DNA of 64,000 nt from Pseudogymnoascus verrucosus (Eukaryota): assembly GCA_001662655.1 (NCBI GenBank), contig KV460228.1; one strand, 5' to 3'. Position 1 is the first letter of the stretch. Each line of letters starts with the position of its first letter. Shown piece by piece: positions 1 to 12,481 of the stretch. The notes beneath the pieces are model-generated. The model was not told where the DNA came from, made no database searches, and saw only the letters and a list, made by a program, of their open reading frames with translations. The position numbers and the translations under genes are program-made.

Positions 1-46
1 GAAAGGTAGTATTCGAAAAGGCCGTCTGTGGGTGTGCGTGTGCCAT
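1..46 (-). CDS. Possible 5' end of a gene running off the window edge, divergent from the sugar permease
   Basis: ATG at 46 on the minus strand opens MAHAHPQTAFSNTTF to the edge; only 15 codons are visible. Confidence 0.25.
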   Translation of the reverse strand, partial: MAHAHPQTAFSNTTF

Positions 47-689
47 GATTGAGATGGAGGAAGGTAGCCCTGTCTATCTTGATATAAAATTATGTATGAG
101 AGAAGAATATATAAACTCAGGCAGAATATAGTAGCGCCTCTACAGTAGCTTATGCTGATTATTTATGAGCCAATGACAGATGCTTGATAGAAAAAACGTG
201 CCAGCCTTGATGTTTTATACATGCTCCACTGTTCGGTGGACGGTGGGTGATGGATAGAGCTGTCTCCATGTAATAAAACCCCAACTTCGACCCCTCGCAA
301 TGTCAACCCTCACCCCACCCCACCGGAGCACCAATTGAGCGGAACCCCGCACCCCGAACGCCAAGCTCTACACTAATAGTCTAGCTTCCAGTGTAGCTTA
401 CCCCACAAAACGTCAACCCCACGAAATTCCACCTCACCCCACGAACTCCGAGCCGCCTTGGCCCTGCCCATGGCTCGGATACCAAACTGCTTCGTTGCGG
501 GTTTAGCTGTATAGCTGATCCAACATCTGTTAATAGCTTATCCTCCACGAGGTCTATGCGGGGTACGCATGAGTATATGATCACCTCGATGGAACCAAAT
601 TAAAAGCTATTCGATACCATACCAAATATCTCCTCAGGTTCCTTATATCACCTCAGCTTTGACAATCAACTTATGCTACGCAAGTCGCC

Positions 690-2671
690 ATGGCAACAGA
701 AAAGGTCGTCCCGACTGAGCATGAGCTCCAAGGACTTGACCTGAGCAACCCTGAGGTTATCGAGCTCATCCACCATGCGCAAGAGAGCGATGCAGCCGAC
801 CGCCAGTTGACGGTGCGCCAGGCCTTGAAGAAGTATAAGAAGGCTGTCTTCTGGGCCATGTTCTTGTCTACTAGTCTCATTATGGAGGGATATGATCTTG
901 TCATTGTCAGTAGCGCTTCCTGAATCATTGATTGACTTCTCCGTTTATTTAGAATGGTCGCCCTAATGTCTCCTACAGATCACTTCATTTTACGCCCAGT
1001 CACAGTTCCAAAACCGATTTGGCTCATTCGACGAAACATCGGGAACGAACCTCATTACTCCCGCCTGGCAATCGGGTCTGTCTAACTCAGCTGTTGTTGG
1101 CCAACTTGCTGGGCTGTTGGTGAACGCATACTGCCAAGACCGATTTGGTTGTCGAGTAACCATGATGATTTTCATGGGGTGGATGACAGTGACGATCTTT
1201 ATCCCTTTTTTTGCGCCGTCGCTGTCCGTCTTAGCCTTTGGGGAGGCGATGTGTGGTATTTCGTGGGGTGTCTTCCAGGTACGCCTCGACTTGACTTGCA
1301 GAGCGCAGTAACCCGGCTAATATTGTTATTACCATCTAGACCCTCTCTACAGCATACGCTTCCGAGGTCGTTCCCACTGTCCTCCGACCGTATGTCACCG
1401 CCTATGTCTGCATGTGCTGGGGTGCCGGTATTCTCCTCTCCTCTGGTGTCGTCCGAGCCGTAGCAGGCGTTGAGGGCGATCTCGCTTGGCGTCTCCCGTT
1501 CGCCCTCCAATGGGTCTGGCCCATCCCTCTAATGATTGGCGCATACCTCGCCCCTGAATCTCCCTGGAATTCAGTCCGGCGAGACAAGGTGGATGAGGCA
1601 AGAGAAAGCCTGATGCGTCTTCGCGAAGATTCGCCAGATAGAGAGCGGGAAGTGAACGCAACACTGGCATATATCAGGCATACGACGGCTCTAGAGAAAG
1701 CCGAGACGGGTGATGCAAGCTTCTGGGAGTGTTTCCATGGAACTAATCTTCGACGAACTGAAATAGTAATCATGCCCCCTTTCCATCACGCCGCGTCGGG
1801 AATGTGTAACTGACTATTTCTCTTTTATTTTAGAACTGCGTAGTGTGGGCCGCCCAAATCCTTTGCGGCAATGCCATCCTTGGCTACTCTGTCCTCTTTC
1901 TCCGCGCTGCGGGGTTTTCTGAAATCCAGGCGTTCAACATCAACATCTCCCTTTCCGCATGCTACATTGTCGGCGGCGTAATTTGCTGGTTTCTGTTTCC
2001 CCATCTCGGCCGAGCAACAATCTATATGAGCGGGCTAACATTTATGTTCGTCTGTCTCATCACCATAGGTGGTCTCGGTTTCGCTAGTGGAAAGAACATC
2101 GAAATGGCAATTGGTATCCTCTTGGTCATATCAACACTGTGCAATATGATTACTATCGGACCTGCTTGTTATCCCATCGTGGCTGAGACACCGTCAGGGA
2201 GATTGAGGTACAAGACGATAGCCATCGGGAGATTTGTATACAACCTCACAGGAATTTTCTCCAATTCCGTCACACCGCGCATGCTTTCGCCTATTGGTAA
2301 GAATCCCTGGTCAAGCTACTATAACCTCTTGAGTAATTCTGACCTATGCTGACGTCCAATCCATAGGCTGGAACTGGGGCGCAAAATCAGCACTCTTTTA
2401 TGCCGGAACCAATCTCCTCTGCAATATCTGGTGTTGGTTCCGCCTTCCTGAGACCAAGGACCGCTCCTTTGGCGAGATTGACTTGCTCTTTGATAATAAA
2501 GTTCCAGCAAGAAAGTTCAAATATACTAAAGTAGACCGTAAGTTGCTTAAACCCTATACTTATTATAGCGAGGACGATTCAATAGCTAACTCACAAATCA
2601 TAGAATTTGCCCGGCAGAACGATTATGAAACGAAAGTAGCGGCTGTTGAGCACTTGGAGAACCAGCCTTAG
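690..2671 (+). CDS. MFS sugar porter, maltose/alpha-glucoside permease type (6 exons)
   Basis: Motifs STSLIMEGYD, YASEVVPTVLRPYV, WRLPFALQWVWP, PESPW, CYPIVAETPSGRLR, LPETKDRSFGEIDLLF; introns approx. 906-978, 1279-1339, 1766-1833, 2297-2367, 2538-2603. Confidence 0.93.
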
Positions 2672-4049
2672 TGATCGTGTATATTAGAAAGTTTCATTTA
2701 CTTGTTTGTCAGTTATGTTATAATATATTCATTATTCACAACTAGGCTGTGGTTAAGCTAGAATAGTTATAAGTGAACTGTGAACTACAGCTTCTAGAAT
2801 CAAGTTTTGGACAACGCGTACACCAGAGAGAGCATTCGTCCTCCAAGGCTAGCTGAGCGAGCCCAGTCCCTCTTAAAGCTGTTTCACTGAAGTCTCGCCA
2901 TGCTTTTTCTCGCTCCTAACGTGGCTCCAATCATGACTACAGCATGTGAGGCCGGATGAACGCTATGACGTCCAATCGTACAACATCGATGAATTAAGTG
3001 TGGAACTTTAGACGAGGCTGTTATTTGTGGCGTTCTATATGCAGGTAGGTTTGTCGGGCGGGCTGGGACTTTCGTTGCCACCTACTCAGAGGGGACAGGG
3101 AACGTACTGTGAGAGCACGCTGGGTAGCTGTGTTGTGTCTGAAGGGGGGAAAAAATGCGTTTGCACTGATAGAGTCGGGGGTGTTTGAGAAGTTGGATGG
3201 TGGTTGGTGGCTGAAGAGTAGATGGATGATGATTATTGGTTTTACGTGAAGGTCATTGGGGCTGAATGTGCCCTACTCCTTGGCCATCCGTTAAGATCAC
3301 ATAAGATCACCTGCCAAGGGTAAGGCTGACTGCACCTTTCCCATTTTGTTCTGTGGCGCATCCTACGGCAACATCCCACCACAGCATCCTACCACAGCAT
3401 CCTGGAAACATGCATTGGCATTACATATGTCTGCCGAGAACACCACAGAAGAGACAGAGTAAGCATACCCTGTAAGCCATATTGTGTATGTTTCAACTAT
3501 TCTCCTACGTTGTACTCTACATACAGCACACGCACAATCTTGGTCGTGCCGCTTACTTGCTTGGCAATGCCCACCGGAATGGGAATACAACCAGTATCCT
3601 TTATGGCGGCATTCTCCAACCATATTAGCGTCAATATATGGCACCGCTAGTTTCCGCCACTACTCAAGCCAAGCCTCATCCCGTCCCTGCGGAGTACTCT
3701 ACTGTTCTACTTTCTTGGAGCTGAGAGAAGCAAAATGCTCACTGTAGCTTCTCTGTGGCTCGTGAATTGGCACCCTCCCACAAAGTTTCGATACCAGTCT
3801 ATCATACCTAACTAGCGCATCTACTAGAAGCTAATGATTCCCCCATATTACTTTTGTCTCCTCAGAACTGGGCTGTACATGCTGCACGCCGGCGATCCCC
3901 AGGTGAGAAAGTCTCGGCCCAGCCCAGTCTTATAATAGCACTTGTATTCGGCGTTGCATTCAAAATGGCCTGTCCCCCCACGTAGCGCATAATGCATTGC
4001 GACAAAAAACCTCCTTTTTTGACACTTCATCGCGAATTTTGCCATTGCG

Positions 4050-5419
4050 ATGATACTGATATATCTATACTTCATGGTCCTCGGCGTCGCTATCGCACAA
4101 AGACCAAGTAACAGTTCGATATGCGACTACTATACGGAGGTCAAATATGGCTCGGCATCCGAGGCGAACCAGCTCAAAATGATGCAAGGCATAGTCTCTC
4201 TGGCCTTTGGTGGACCGGCGGCGGCCTCGATCGAGTCAGGCAGTGTCCCGGATGGGTTGACGGGGATCCTCAATCCAGGTGTTCATGATGGCGTTCCCGT
4301 CAATCTCTTGCCATTTTTCAATGGTAGCATTGCCTCGACGAACCTAAACAACCAAGCTGTCGGCATCAATTGGCTCGATGATGGAGGTATTCTACCACTA
4401 GTCAACTTCATGAGCGGCAAGACAGAGACTGTTGAACTCAGGAATACGACAAATGAATAGTATGTCCCCCCTCGTATAACCCTACCGCAATTGTATCGAT
4501 CATATGCTAACTAATGCCTAACAGCCGCCTCTTCGGCCATTTCTACACTGCCTTCGCCTATATATTTGGATGTTCAAATCCACCTGCTAGCCCTACAACT
4601 GGAAGACCCCCCAATCCCGCCTACGTCCACAAGTTCATGAGTCTCAACTTCACTGAGATCGGACATTTCATCAACCAGCTCACCCTCTCATCCGAGTACT
4701 ATGGCTTCTCGACGACAGACGCGCAATCGTTGGCTCTGCTCATGAACAGCCGGTACAATATTCGCTGCGCTCCAGCCGTCTCGCTGAATCCAAAGCAAGC
4801 CCCTCAACTCTTTTCGCTGTGTCAGGACCCAACGTGTCCATTGGCCGTACCTAATTCCGACTGCGAGGCGTACGCCAACCTTAGTTCAGAAGGTCCATCT
4901 TCATCTTCTCCTTCTCCATCGGAAAGTTCCAGCTCGACATCTGGTCCGACTACGATAACCAACTCCGAATCATCCTCCTCCCCAACAGAATCCCCGAGTG
5001 CTGCAGCCACATCTTCAGGCTCGAAAGGCCTTAGCACTGGCGGAATCGCAGGAGTAGCCATTGGCGGCGCCGCACTTCTCGCCTTCATCATCGCAGCCAT
5101 CTTCTACCTCCGCCGCAAGCGCCGACCCAAGACTCCGCCCCCACAGCCCGAACAGCCCGAGACCCGCTGGACGGGCAACACGGAATCCTTCGACGGCTCA
5201 CAGGCGGGGGGCAAGGGCTATCTGTCGCCGCAGAGCGAGAATTTCACCGCATACTCGCCCAATAGCCGCGACTCTTACATCAGCCACGCGCATACGTCAT
5301 ATATTCCGAACCCCGTGGAGCTGGCGACGCCGCCGTTGCCGCAGGGGCCACCGGCGGAGTTGAGTGGGGAGGTTGCGGTATCAACTGATGAGTATCGGAG
5401 GAGTCGGGGGATGATTTGA
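4050..5419 (+). CDS. Type I membrane protein: signal peptide, Cys-containing ectodomain (possibly truncated-globin-like), Ser/Thr stalk, TM helix, RRKRR stop-transfer, Pro/Tyr-rich tail
   Basis: Intron 4460-4524 (GTATGT..CTAAC..CAG) joins two ORFs in frame (TNEY/RLFGH); GLSTGGIAGVAIGGAALLAFIIAAIFYLRRKRR. Confidence 0.85.
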
Positions 5420-5746
5420 GATTTGTTGACTTGGTGGGGTCGGGGGGGAAGGCGGGTTTTGTGTCCGTGGACTAATCTAGTTGGCGCGATATATCATTTG
5501 GGGTTTTGCGAGCAATCATATACATAATGTTGTCATATATTCTTATTCTATAAACTGTCTGGCGATGATGTCCCAGAAATTAAATATTCGACCTGATGTG
5601 GTTCTAAGAAACTAGACGACGAACAGTATCCGAATCGTATATCGAAATTCTAGTATGGACTTTGCTCTATTTGCTTTGTGTTGGTCTTAGGCTTCAAATA
5701 ATGACTAGGACTGCGCCTAAGGTATAATTTGATTCCGCTAACTAGA

Positions 5747-6400
5747 TTATTGCTTCAGTTTCGATGTTATTAAGCAAGGTACTGCACCGACCGCGGGGAT
5801 GTGATGTAGACCCCTAATAAGCCCTCTCCATAGCATCACCAACAGTGATATCGTCCTTGAGAGGGCAAGGCAGGGCTTCAGAGTGCGTGCGTGGGGGGTT
5901 GGCGAACTACAGCTCAATATAGCCTTCAGTTGCCGCTGCATATCGTACGGCAATGGGGCTATATCTCGAACCAACCCTGATATTGACGTTCTGACTCTGG
6001 TGCCTCGAGAGCCCAGGATAGCATGGCACAGTGTTGGATGTGGTGTGAGCTCAACCTCTGAATTAAAGTACCTCTTACTATTGCGGACCATGTTAGTCAT
6101 AATGGTGGTAGACAGCGCTTGGGGTGTGTTTGAACGGACATGGAATTGGAATAAACGTTTCGTGTAGAGCGCGTACATACATCTTCGTATCTCTCTGATC
6201 TTAGGGCTTAGGTGCTGGCTTAGAAACGGCTGATGACGCAGTGGGCCTAGTATTAGAAGGAATGTTGTTACGGGAGCGTCAAGAGATCAGAGTCCTCGTC
6301 GAGGAGAAGAAGGGATTGGCCCTCAACAGGTAAGCGAAGAGAGTGGACGATTTAAAAAGTAAAAGGGCGGTCCTTGTCTCTAACGCCGCCTCCTTGCATA
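5747..6400 (-). pseudogene. Possible degraded gene remnant
   Basis: Fragments FYFLNRPL and KIREIRRCMYALYTKRLFQF resemble fungal F-box-like hypothetical proteins, but the frame is interrupted by stops. Confidence 0.2.
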
Positions 6401-7101
6401 GGCAAGGTGAAGACGAGTAGTTATGCCACTGGGATATCAATTAAGCTCCTCACTCTTGCTCATGTGACATCGCGCCGCTTTTGATCAATCCTACTCAGAG
6501 CCGGCTCAGCTTCATCCTTGAAAACCCATAGTCTTTTTCTTTTCAGATAGATAGCTCAGAGGATACAAATACGGTTCTGCTGGTGTGTGCTGGCATATCA
6601 CACAAGTTATGCGAAGACTTGTAGTGTACATGTTACGGCTCTTATGAAGACTATTAGCCGTGTAAGGCTCGGGTTGTAGAAGAGGAGTAATCGACTATCC
6701 CACCAAATTTGCAGCTCTAACTTACTCACTGGAAATATATGTCGCGGTGTTATAGAGGCGGCCCAACAAAAAAAAATGCCGCATATTGTGCTATCTGCCC
6801 TTTTGGCTAAAGCAAGTCGTGGAAGAGCAAGTTGGAATTGGTTTATTCCATGGATGTTAGAAAAATAGCTGGCAAGTAAAATTGCCAGTAATGATGAGCA
6901 CAGTGACCACTTGGATACCAATTGATTTGTCATGATGTTTCTTGCCAACTACCACAATTTCAGGAACAATACCGATGGCACGGTAAACAGGGTGGGGCAC
7001 CTGTCATTATCATGTTGAGATCGCCCTAGAATTGACGGGAGGGGGCTTAGATAGCTTGTTTGAGACCTGTTCTAGCGGGTAGCTAGACCCGGTTACAGCA
7101 A

Positions 7102-7107
7102 CACGTG
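7102..7107. promoter_or_regulatory. CACGTG box (candidate Pho4/NUC-1/PalcA site) upstream of the phosphodiesterase
   Basis: ACACGTGC about 270 bp upstream of ATG 7379. Confidence 0.5.
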
Positions 7108-7378
7108 CGCTGTCACTACGTTTCTAGTGGACCTAAAGGATATACGCGGGAAGAAGATCAATAAGTCAACGAAGGTGAGAAGAAGCACAACAGCAACAAG
7201 CTTTGTAAAGACGGGACAAGCTTTTGAAAAAGGTGGGGCTCGAAAGCTTCGCCTCAAAGATCGCCCTCAACGACGCGGAGCAGCAGTTATAAAAAGTGAC
7301 TATTTCCCTTCATTCTATCATATCAGTCCCTACCTTACCCCAGATCATCCTTGCTGAAGTCAATTAATAATTATAATC

Positions 7379-8891
7379 ATGCTTTTGCAATCATTGCTCG
7401 CTATTGCCGCCCTTGGCGGCGTATCGCTTGCTTCTGACAAGAAGGGATCCAAGACGGTATACAAGCATGTCGTGGCGATCAGCATTGATGGTCTGCACAG
7501 CTCTGATGTGCCCAAGTATGTTGCACTTCGCCCAAAGTCGACTATTGCGGAGCTCCTCGAGACTGGCTATGAATTTACCGACGCATACACATCTGCTCCT
7601 TCGGATTCGTTCCCAGGTGCGATGAATTTATTCTCGGGTGCGAGCCCAAGAACCCACGGTGTCTGGTACGATGATACCTATGACCGGAAGTTCTGGCTGC
7701 CATTTTCTACTACGGGCACTAACTGCCAGGGTCCTGCTGGTGCTGAAGGTAAGCTGAGGGAAGCTGATTCGTTCAGGATACTGGCTAACTACTCTAGTTG
7801 CCTTTGATGAGAGTAAAGATTATGATTCGACGCTCCTTTACTCCGGTGGCATCAACCCATTGAACCTTCCGCAAACCCTCGTCAATGGAGTCTGCACAAA
7901 CGTGTACCCTCACCAGCGTTCCCGCGTCAATACAGTCTTTGAAGTCGTGCACGAGGCCGGCCACCAAACCGCTTATACTGATAAGCACCCTGCCTACGAC
8001 CTTGTCCGTGGCCCATCAGGCAAGGGTCTTTCCGTTGGCTACTTCCCCGAGATCGCGGCCGTCCCAGTCACCACCGACGCGACCATTGCATATGACCAGC
8101 TGCACGTGAACGCGTTTATTGAGTGGATCATGAACGGCACCACCCCGGAGCACTCCGAGGTCCAAGAGAAGCTGACTGGTGTCCCAACACTCTTCGGAGG
8201 GAACTTCCAGGCCGTTTCGGTTGCACAGAAGACGAGCGGTTATGTGGCCAAAACCCTTGACTTCACACCCCAGCTCCTAAAGGCTCTCGACTTCGTCGAT
8301 GCTTCTCTGGGTCAAATTGTCGCCGCCCTCAAGGCTAAGGGTGTCTACGACGAGACATTGATTGTTGTGGCCTCCAAGCATGGGCAAGCACCCATTGACC
8401 CAACAAAGTATGCGAAGATCAATGGCGATCTGGTCTCCGCCGCCACTGGTGTCGACGTCCTTCATGCCACCACCGACGACATTGCTCTGATCTTCCTTAA
8501 GGACCAAACCAAGACAGAGACAGCAGTTGCAGGTCTTAATAAGCAACGCAAAGCCCTACAGATTGAGGATATTATTTACGGCGATCGCCTCGTCGACCTT
8601 GGCTACGGCAACCCGCTGACCGATTCTGCGGTACCGGACATCATTGTCAGGCCGACCGAGGGCATTATTTACACTACGAGCACTGCAAAGATTGCTGAGC
8701 ATGGCGGTATCAATGCGGATGATAGGAAGGTGGCTTGCTTCGTTAGCGCACCGGGGCTCAAGAAGACCAAGGTCAACCATGAGGCGTCCACGAAACAGAT
8801 TGCGCCAACGATTCTCAAAGCGCTTGGTTTAGATCCTAAGGCTTTGAAGGGTGCTGTTGCTGAGGATACGAAGGTTTTGGCTGGGTTTTAG
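7379..8891 (+). CDS. Secreted type I phosphodiesterase / nucleotide pyrophosphatase (alkaline phosphatase superfamily)
   Basis: Signal peptide; VVAISIDGLH, APSDSFPG, LDFVDASLGQIV, IVVASKHGQ, AEHGG; intron 7749-7797. Confidence 0.9.
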
Positions 8892-9414
8892 AGCGTATCA
8901 CTTGGATACAGTATTCTAGTTTGACAAGGTTACCACCGATCTTGGAGTATGTATTGACAAGGCATCATAAATGTGATGATTCTAAATCACCTCCCTACCA
9001 CGCAGCTCGAGTATACAGTACTGTGATCGTGATTCGCCGATCAAACGTAATTTTATCGCAACCTTGTCCCCCCACCGAAGTACAGAGAGATGCTGTTGGG
9101 AAATCTTGTATGAGGAAAGCAACGTCGTAGCTTAAATAAGCAAATCCAAGCCACGCTTCTAGAGCAGCCTACCCACATCGAGCAGTGCTACTGCAGGTAT
9201 TTCTGGTATCCCCGCGTTTAATCTCCGTGCCGCGATCTTCAAGCTAGGGGACGTGTAATTGGCGACATTTTACTGGTACAGAGAAGCTTTATGTCAAGGG
9301 TTATAGTGTTCTGCCTTAATCCTGTTCTAGTTAAGCGCATAAAACAAGACTTGCAATTGTTCCTTGATTATTGCGCTAGATCGCCGCTTGAACGTCGATG
9401 ATAAGGGGATTCAG

Positions 9415-9435
9415 CACGTGGGCCTACACGTGGGC
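9415..9435. promoter_or_regulatory. Tandem CACGTGGG boxes (Pho4/NUC-1-type)
   Basis: CACGTGGGC at 9415 and 9427 (12-bp period), about 240 bp upstream of the acid phosphatase ATG. Confidence 0.7.
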
Positions 9436-9665
9436 TCGCACGAAGATGTAGATTCGTCTTAGAGGTCAATCCTGCTGATACAATACAGGAAAGCCATGCA
9501 ACTATCTAGTGTACTCGGGACGGCTCAGGTACGGGGATGTTCTTGTTGAGGAGCTGGGAATCATTTATTAGTTTAAATAGATGATCCCCATCGCGTTTCC
9601 AGGACGTCGGTAAGTCGTATAGCTGGGTACCCCTTCCTCCAGGTTCATTTGCCTCCGTATTGGCC

Positions 9666-11257
9666 ATGTTTTCCTCTCTAGGTGCTGCTGCCTTCGTGGC
9701 TACTTTCGCCGCATCTGCTCTAGCTTCCAAGCCTCTGGCTACCCAGCCATGTAGCGACGCTCTTGTCCCTACCCAGATCCGCCTGGCTTATGCTGGTGAT
9801 AAGGGCATGGCCGTTAGCTGGAACACAAATGAGCAGTTGACCAACCCTACTGTGTACTACAATAAACATGAGAAGAACGTTCTCAAGAGTTCCGCCAAGT
9901 CAAAGATCTCCACTACCTACCCTACATCGTCTACTTACAACAACCATGTTGTCATCAGCGACCTCAAGCCGGACACCACTTACTACTACAGGCCTCAATG
10001 TGCTACTCAGACGTATACGTTCACAACTGCGCGTTCCGCGGGCGACAACGACGAGTTCAGCTTTGCCATGATCGGTGATATGGGTACCTTCGGCCCCGAT
10101 GGTCTTAGCACCACAGTTGGAAAGGGCGCCAGCAACCCTCTCAAGCCCGGCGAGCACACCACCATCGAGTCCTTAACGACGTTCAAGAACAGCTACGACT
10201 TTATCTGGCACGGTTCGTCGTCAATTTATTTTCGTTGTTTTATCACCAGCTAATCAATACCTTCTAGTTGGTGACATCGCCTACGCCGATGCCTGGCTCA
10301 AGGAGGAGAAAGCGGGATATGTCACCCCGCTCAACAAGACCGATGGCGGCGCCGAGTATGACAAGATCCTCAACCAGTTCTACAACCAGACTGAGGGACT
10401 CTCGAGCGCTAAGCCCTACATGGTTGGCCCTGGTTAGTTCCCAATCGCGCCAGCTACCTGCTATGCATAAACTAACATTTATCCAGGCAACCATGAGGCA
10501 AACTGCGACAACGGAAGTGACCTGACCATTTGCTTGCCTGGACAGTTGAATTTCACCGGCTACCAGGCCCACTGGAAGTACGTATATTCCACTAGATCCA
10601 CCACGTATCAGAAGCTAACTCTCCTCTAGCATGCCCTCCGCGGAGTCCGGCGGCGTCGGAAACTTCTGGTACTCCTTCGACCACGGCTCCGTGCACTTCA
10701 TCCAATTCAACACGGAGACCGACTTCCTCAACGCGCCTGATGAGCCCGGTGGAGAGGGCGCCGAAAATGCCGGCCCCTTTGCCGTCTCCGGCGCCCAAAT
10801 CGCTTGGCTGAAGAAGGATCTCGCCTCTGTCAACCGCAAGAAGACTCCCTGGGTAGTCGCTGCAGGACATCGTCCATGGTACGTCAGCACGACGGAGTGC
10901 ATTGAGTGCCAACTCGCGTTTGAGCCGCTCCTGCTTGAGTATGGCGTTGATCTTGTCCTGCACGGGCATAAGCACTTCTACGAGCGCCACGCAGCGGTCA
11001 ACAATGGCACGGCGACGGAGATTGAGAACAACCCGAAGGCCCCTTGGTATCTTGTCAACGGCGCTGCGGGCCATTATGATGGCTTGGATGTTCCGGATAC
11101 GCCGTATGTGTCTACATCGCGCAAGGTGATCTCTGCCTACGGATGGAACTTGTTTACCGTGCATAACTGCACGCACTTGAGCACGCAGTTCATTGCAAGC
11201 GGGAATAACACTGTTCTTGATTCGGCTACTCTGATCAAGAAACGCTCTTGTAAATAA
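9666..11257 (+). CDS. Secreted purple acid phosphatase (FN3-like N-terminus + metallophosphoesterase)
   Basis: Signal peptide; GDMG, GDIAY, GNHE, GHRPWY, GHKHFYER motifs once introns 10213-10267, 10433-10486 and 10578-10629 are spliced. Confidence 0.93.
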
Positions 11258-11789
11258 GCAAGGGTAGCATGGAGGTTTAGCTAGATGCTTTAGCAATATA
11301 AATCTTGTGTTATATAAAAGCGGTAAATTTAATTCAGCAAGAACCCTGAAAACCGTGTCCGGCTTGCCGTCTCGTTATATAATTCGTAAAATATCCCGCC
11401 CATAGCTCTTATGAGATAGTCATAACTACCTCTATTTCGACGGTGCACCATTCAACTTATATAATGTTAAAATAATACGGTACGATCTGGGGGAGGCAGC
11501 AAGTATGCCACCAGGTAGCCTACTGTGGCCAGTCGAACATGGCAGATTCGACCGACTCAACGACTCACTAACACATCCGCAACCAGCGTCAAATCTATGG
11601 ATAAACTATCTTAACAAGTTCTATAAACCCCTGTATAAGCGGCACAGAACATTACTGCGTGCGAACCAGGTTCATTTCATTACTGGCTGGGTTCTCAGCG
11701 CATATCCGCGTTTGAAGGGTTGTTATAATCAGAGGAGCGGCCAATGAAATAGTTAAAATAGAGAAATAACGACCCTTAAAATTATTTCA

Positions 11790-11960
11790 ATGGGGGAAAG
11801 AACGACGGGCTCCAGAGGGAAGGAACGACCTACTAGGGAAGGAAGGAACCACCAACTATTGAGGGAAGGAACAGCCATGTAAAAAGGGAAGGATCGACCA
11901 AATAACAAAGGAAAGGACGATCGTGTGTAGCTGTATTTTATATTTTTCGTTCCTTCCTTA
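11790..11960. repeat. Degenerate array of a GGGAAGGAACGACC-like motif (about 6 direct copies plus one inverted copy)
   Basis: Copies near 11793, 11817, 11840, 11863, 11886, 11909; inverted TCGTTCCTTCC near 11947. Confidence 0.6.
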
Positions 11961-12481
11961 TACGGACGAGAAGGCTAGGTTTTATATGATATGGTTGGTA
12001 AGGACGTCAGTTGCAGGGGAAGGAAAAAATAAGGTGGGGTCAAATACTCTATTGTAGGCCCCAAGAGACAAATATTGGTGGGTTTCTTCTTCAAAAAAAT
12101 AAATCCAAGCCGATTATATTCCTCTAGCAGCTGTGTTACCAAAGTAATGAGGGAGGACAATATCGAAACAGCGGTGGCCAATGCGCGCGTTGGGGTGGAA
12201 ACTTCGGGGCTAGCCTACGCACTTGTCAGACGCTTGTGTCTGACAGCGCCGATCTTGCGACGACGGACGAACCACTAGCAATATAATAGCGGGCTGTTGT
12301 AGTCATACTAGGGGAAATAGTAAGCTAATCTCTGTGTTCTAGATTATAACTGCATGGTAACCTCAGATCTTTAAATATTCCAATATAAATGCCCTCTTCC
12401 CCGCAATGGAAACTAAATCTCGAGTGCATTGGAGACCGCCGTGTCTCCCTCAGAGAATCTCAATTTCACGAGTGACACTCG

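Noticed and set aside
11790..11925. CRISPR-like repeat-spacer appearance
   Set aside because: Eukaryotic context, degenerate ~14-bp repeats with ~10-bp spacers, and no cas genes
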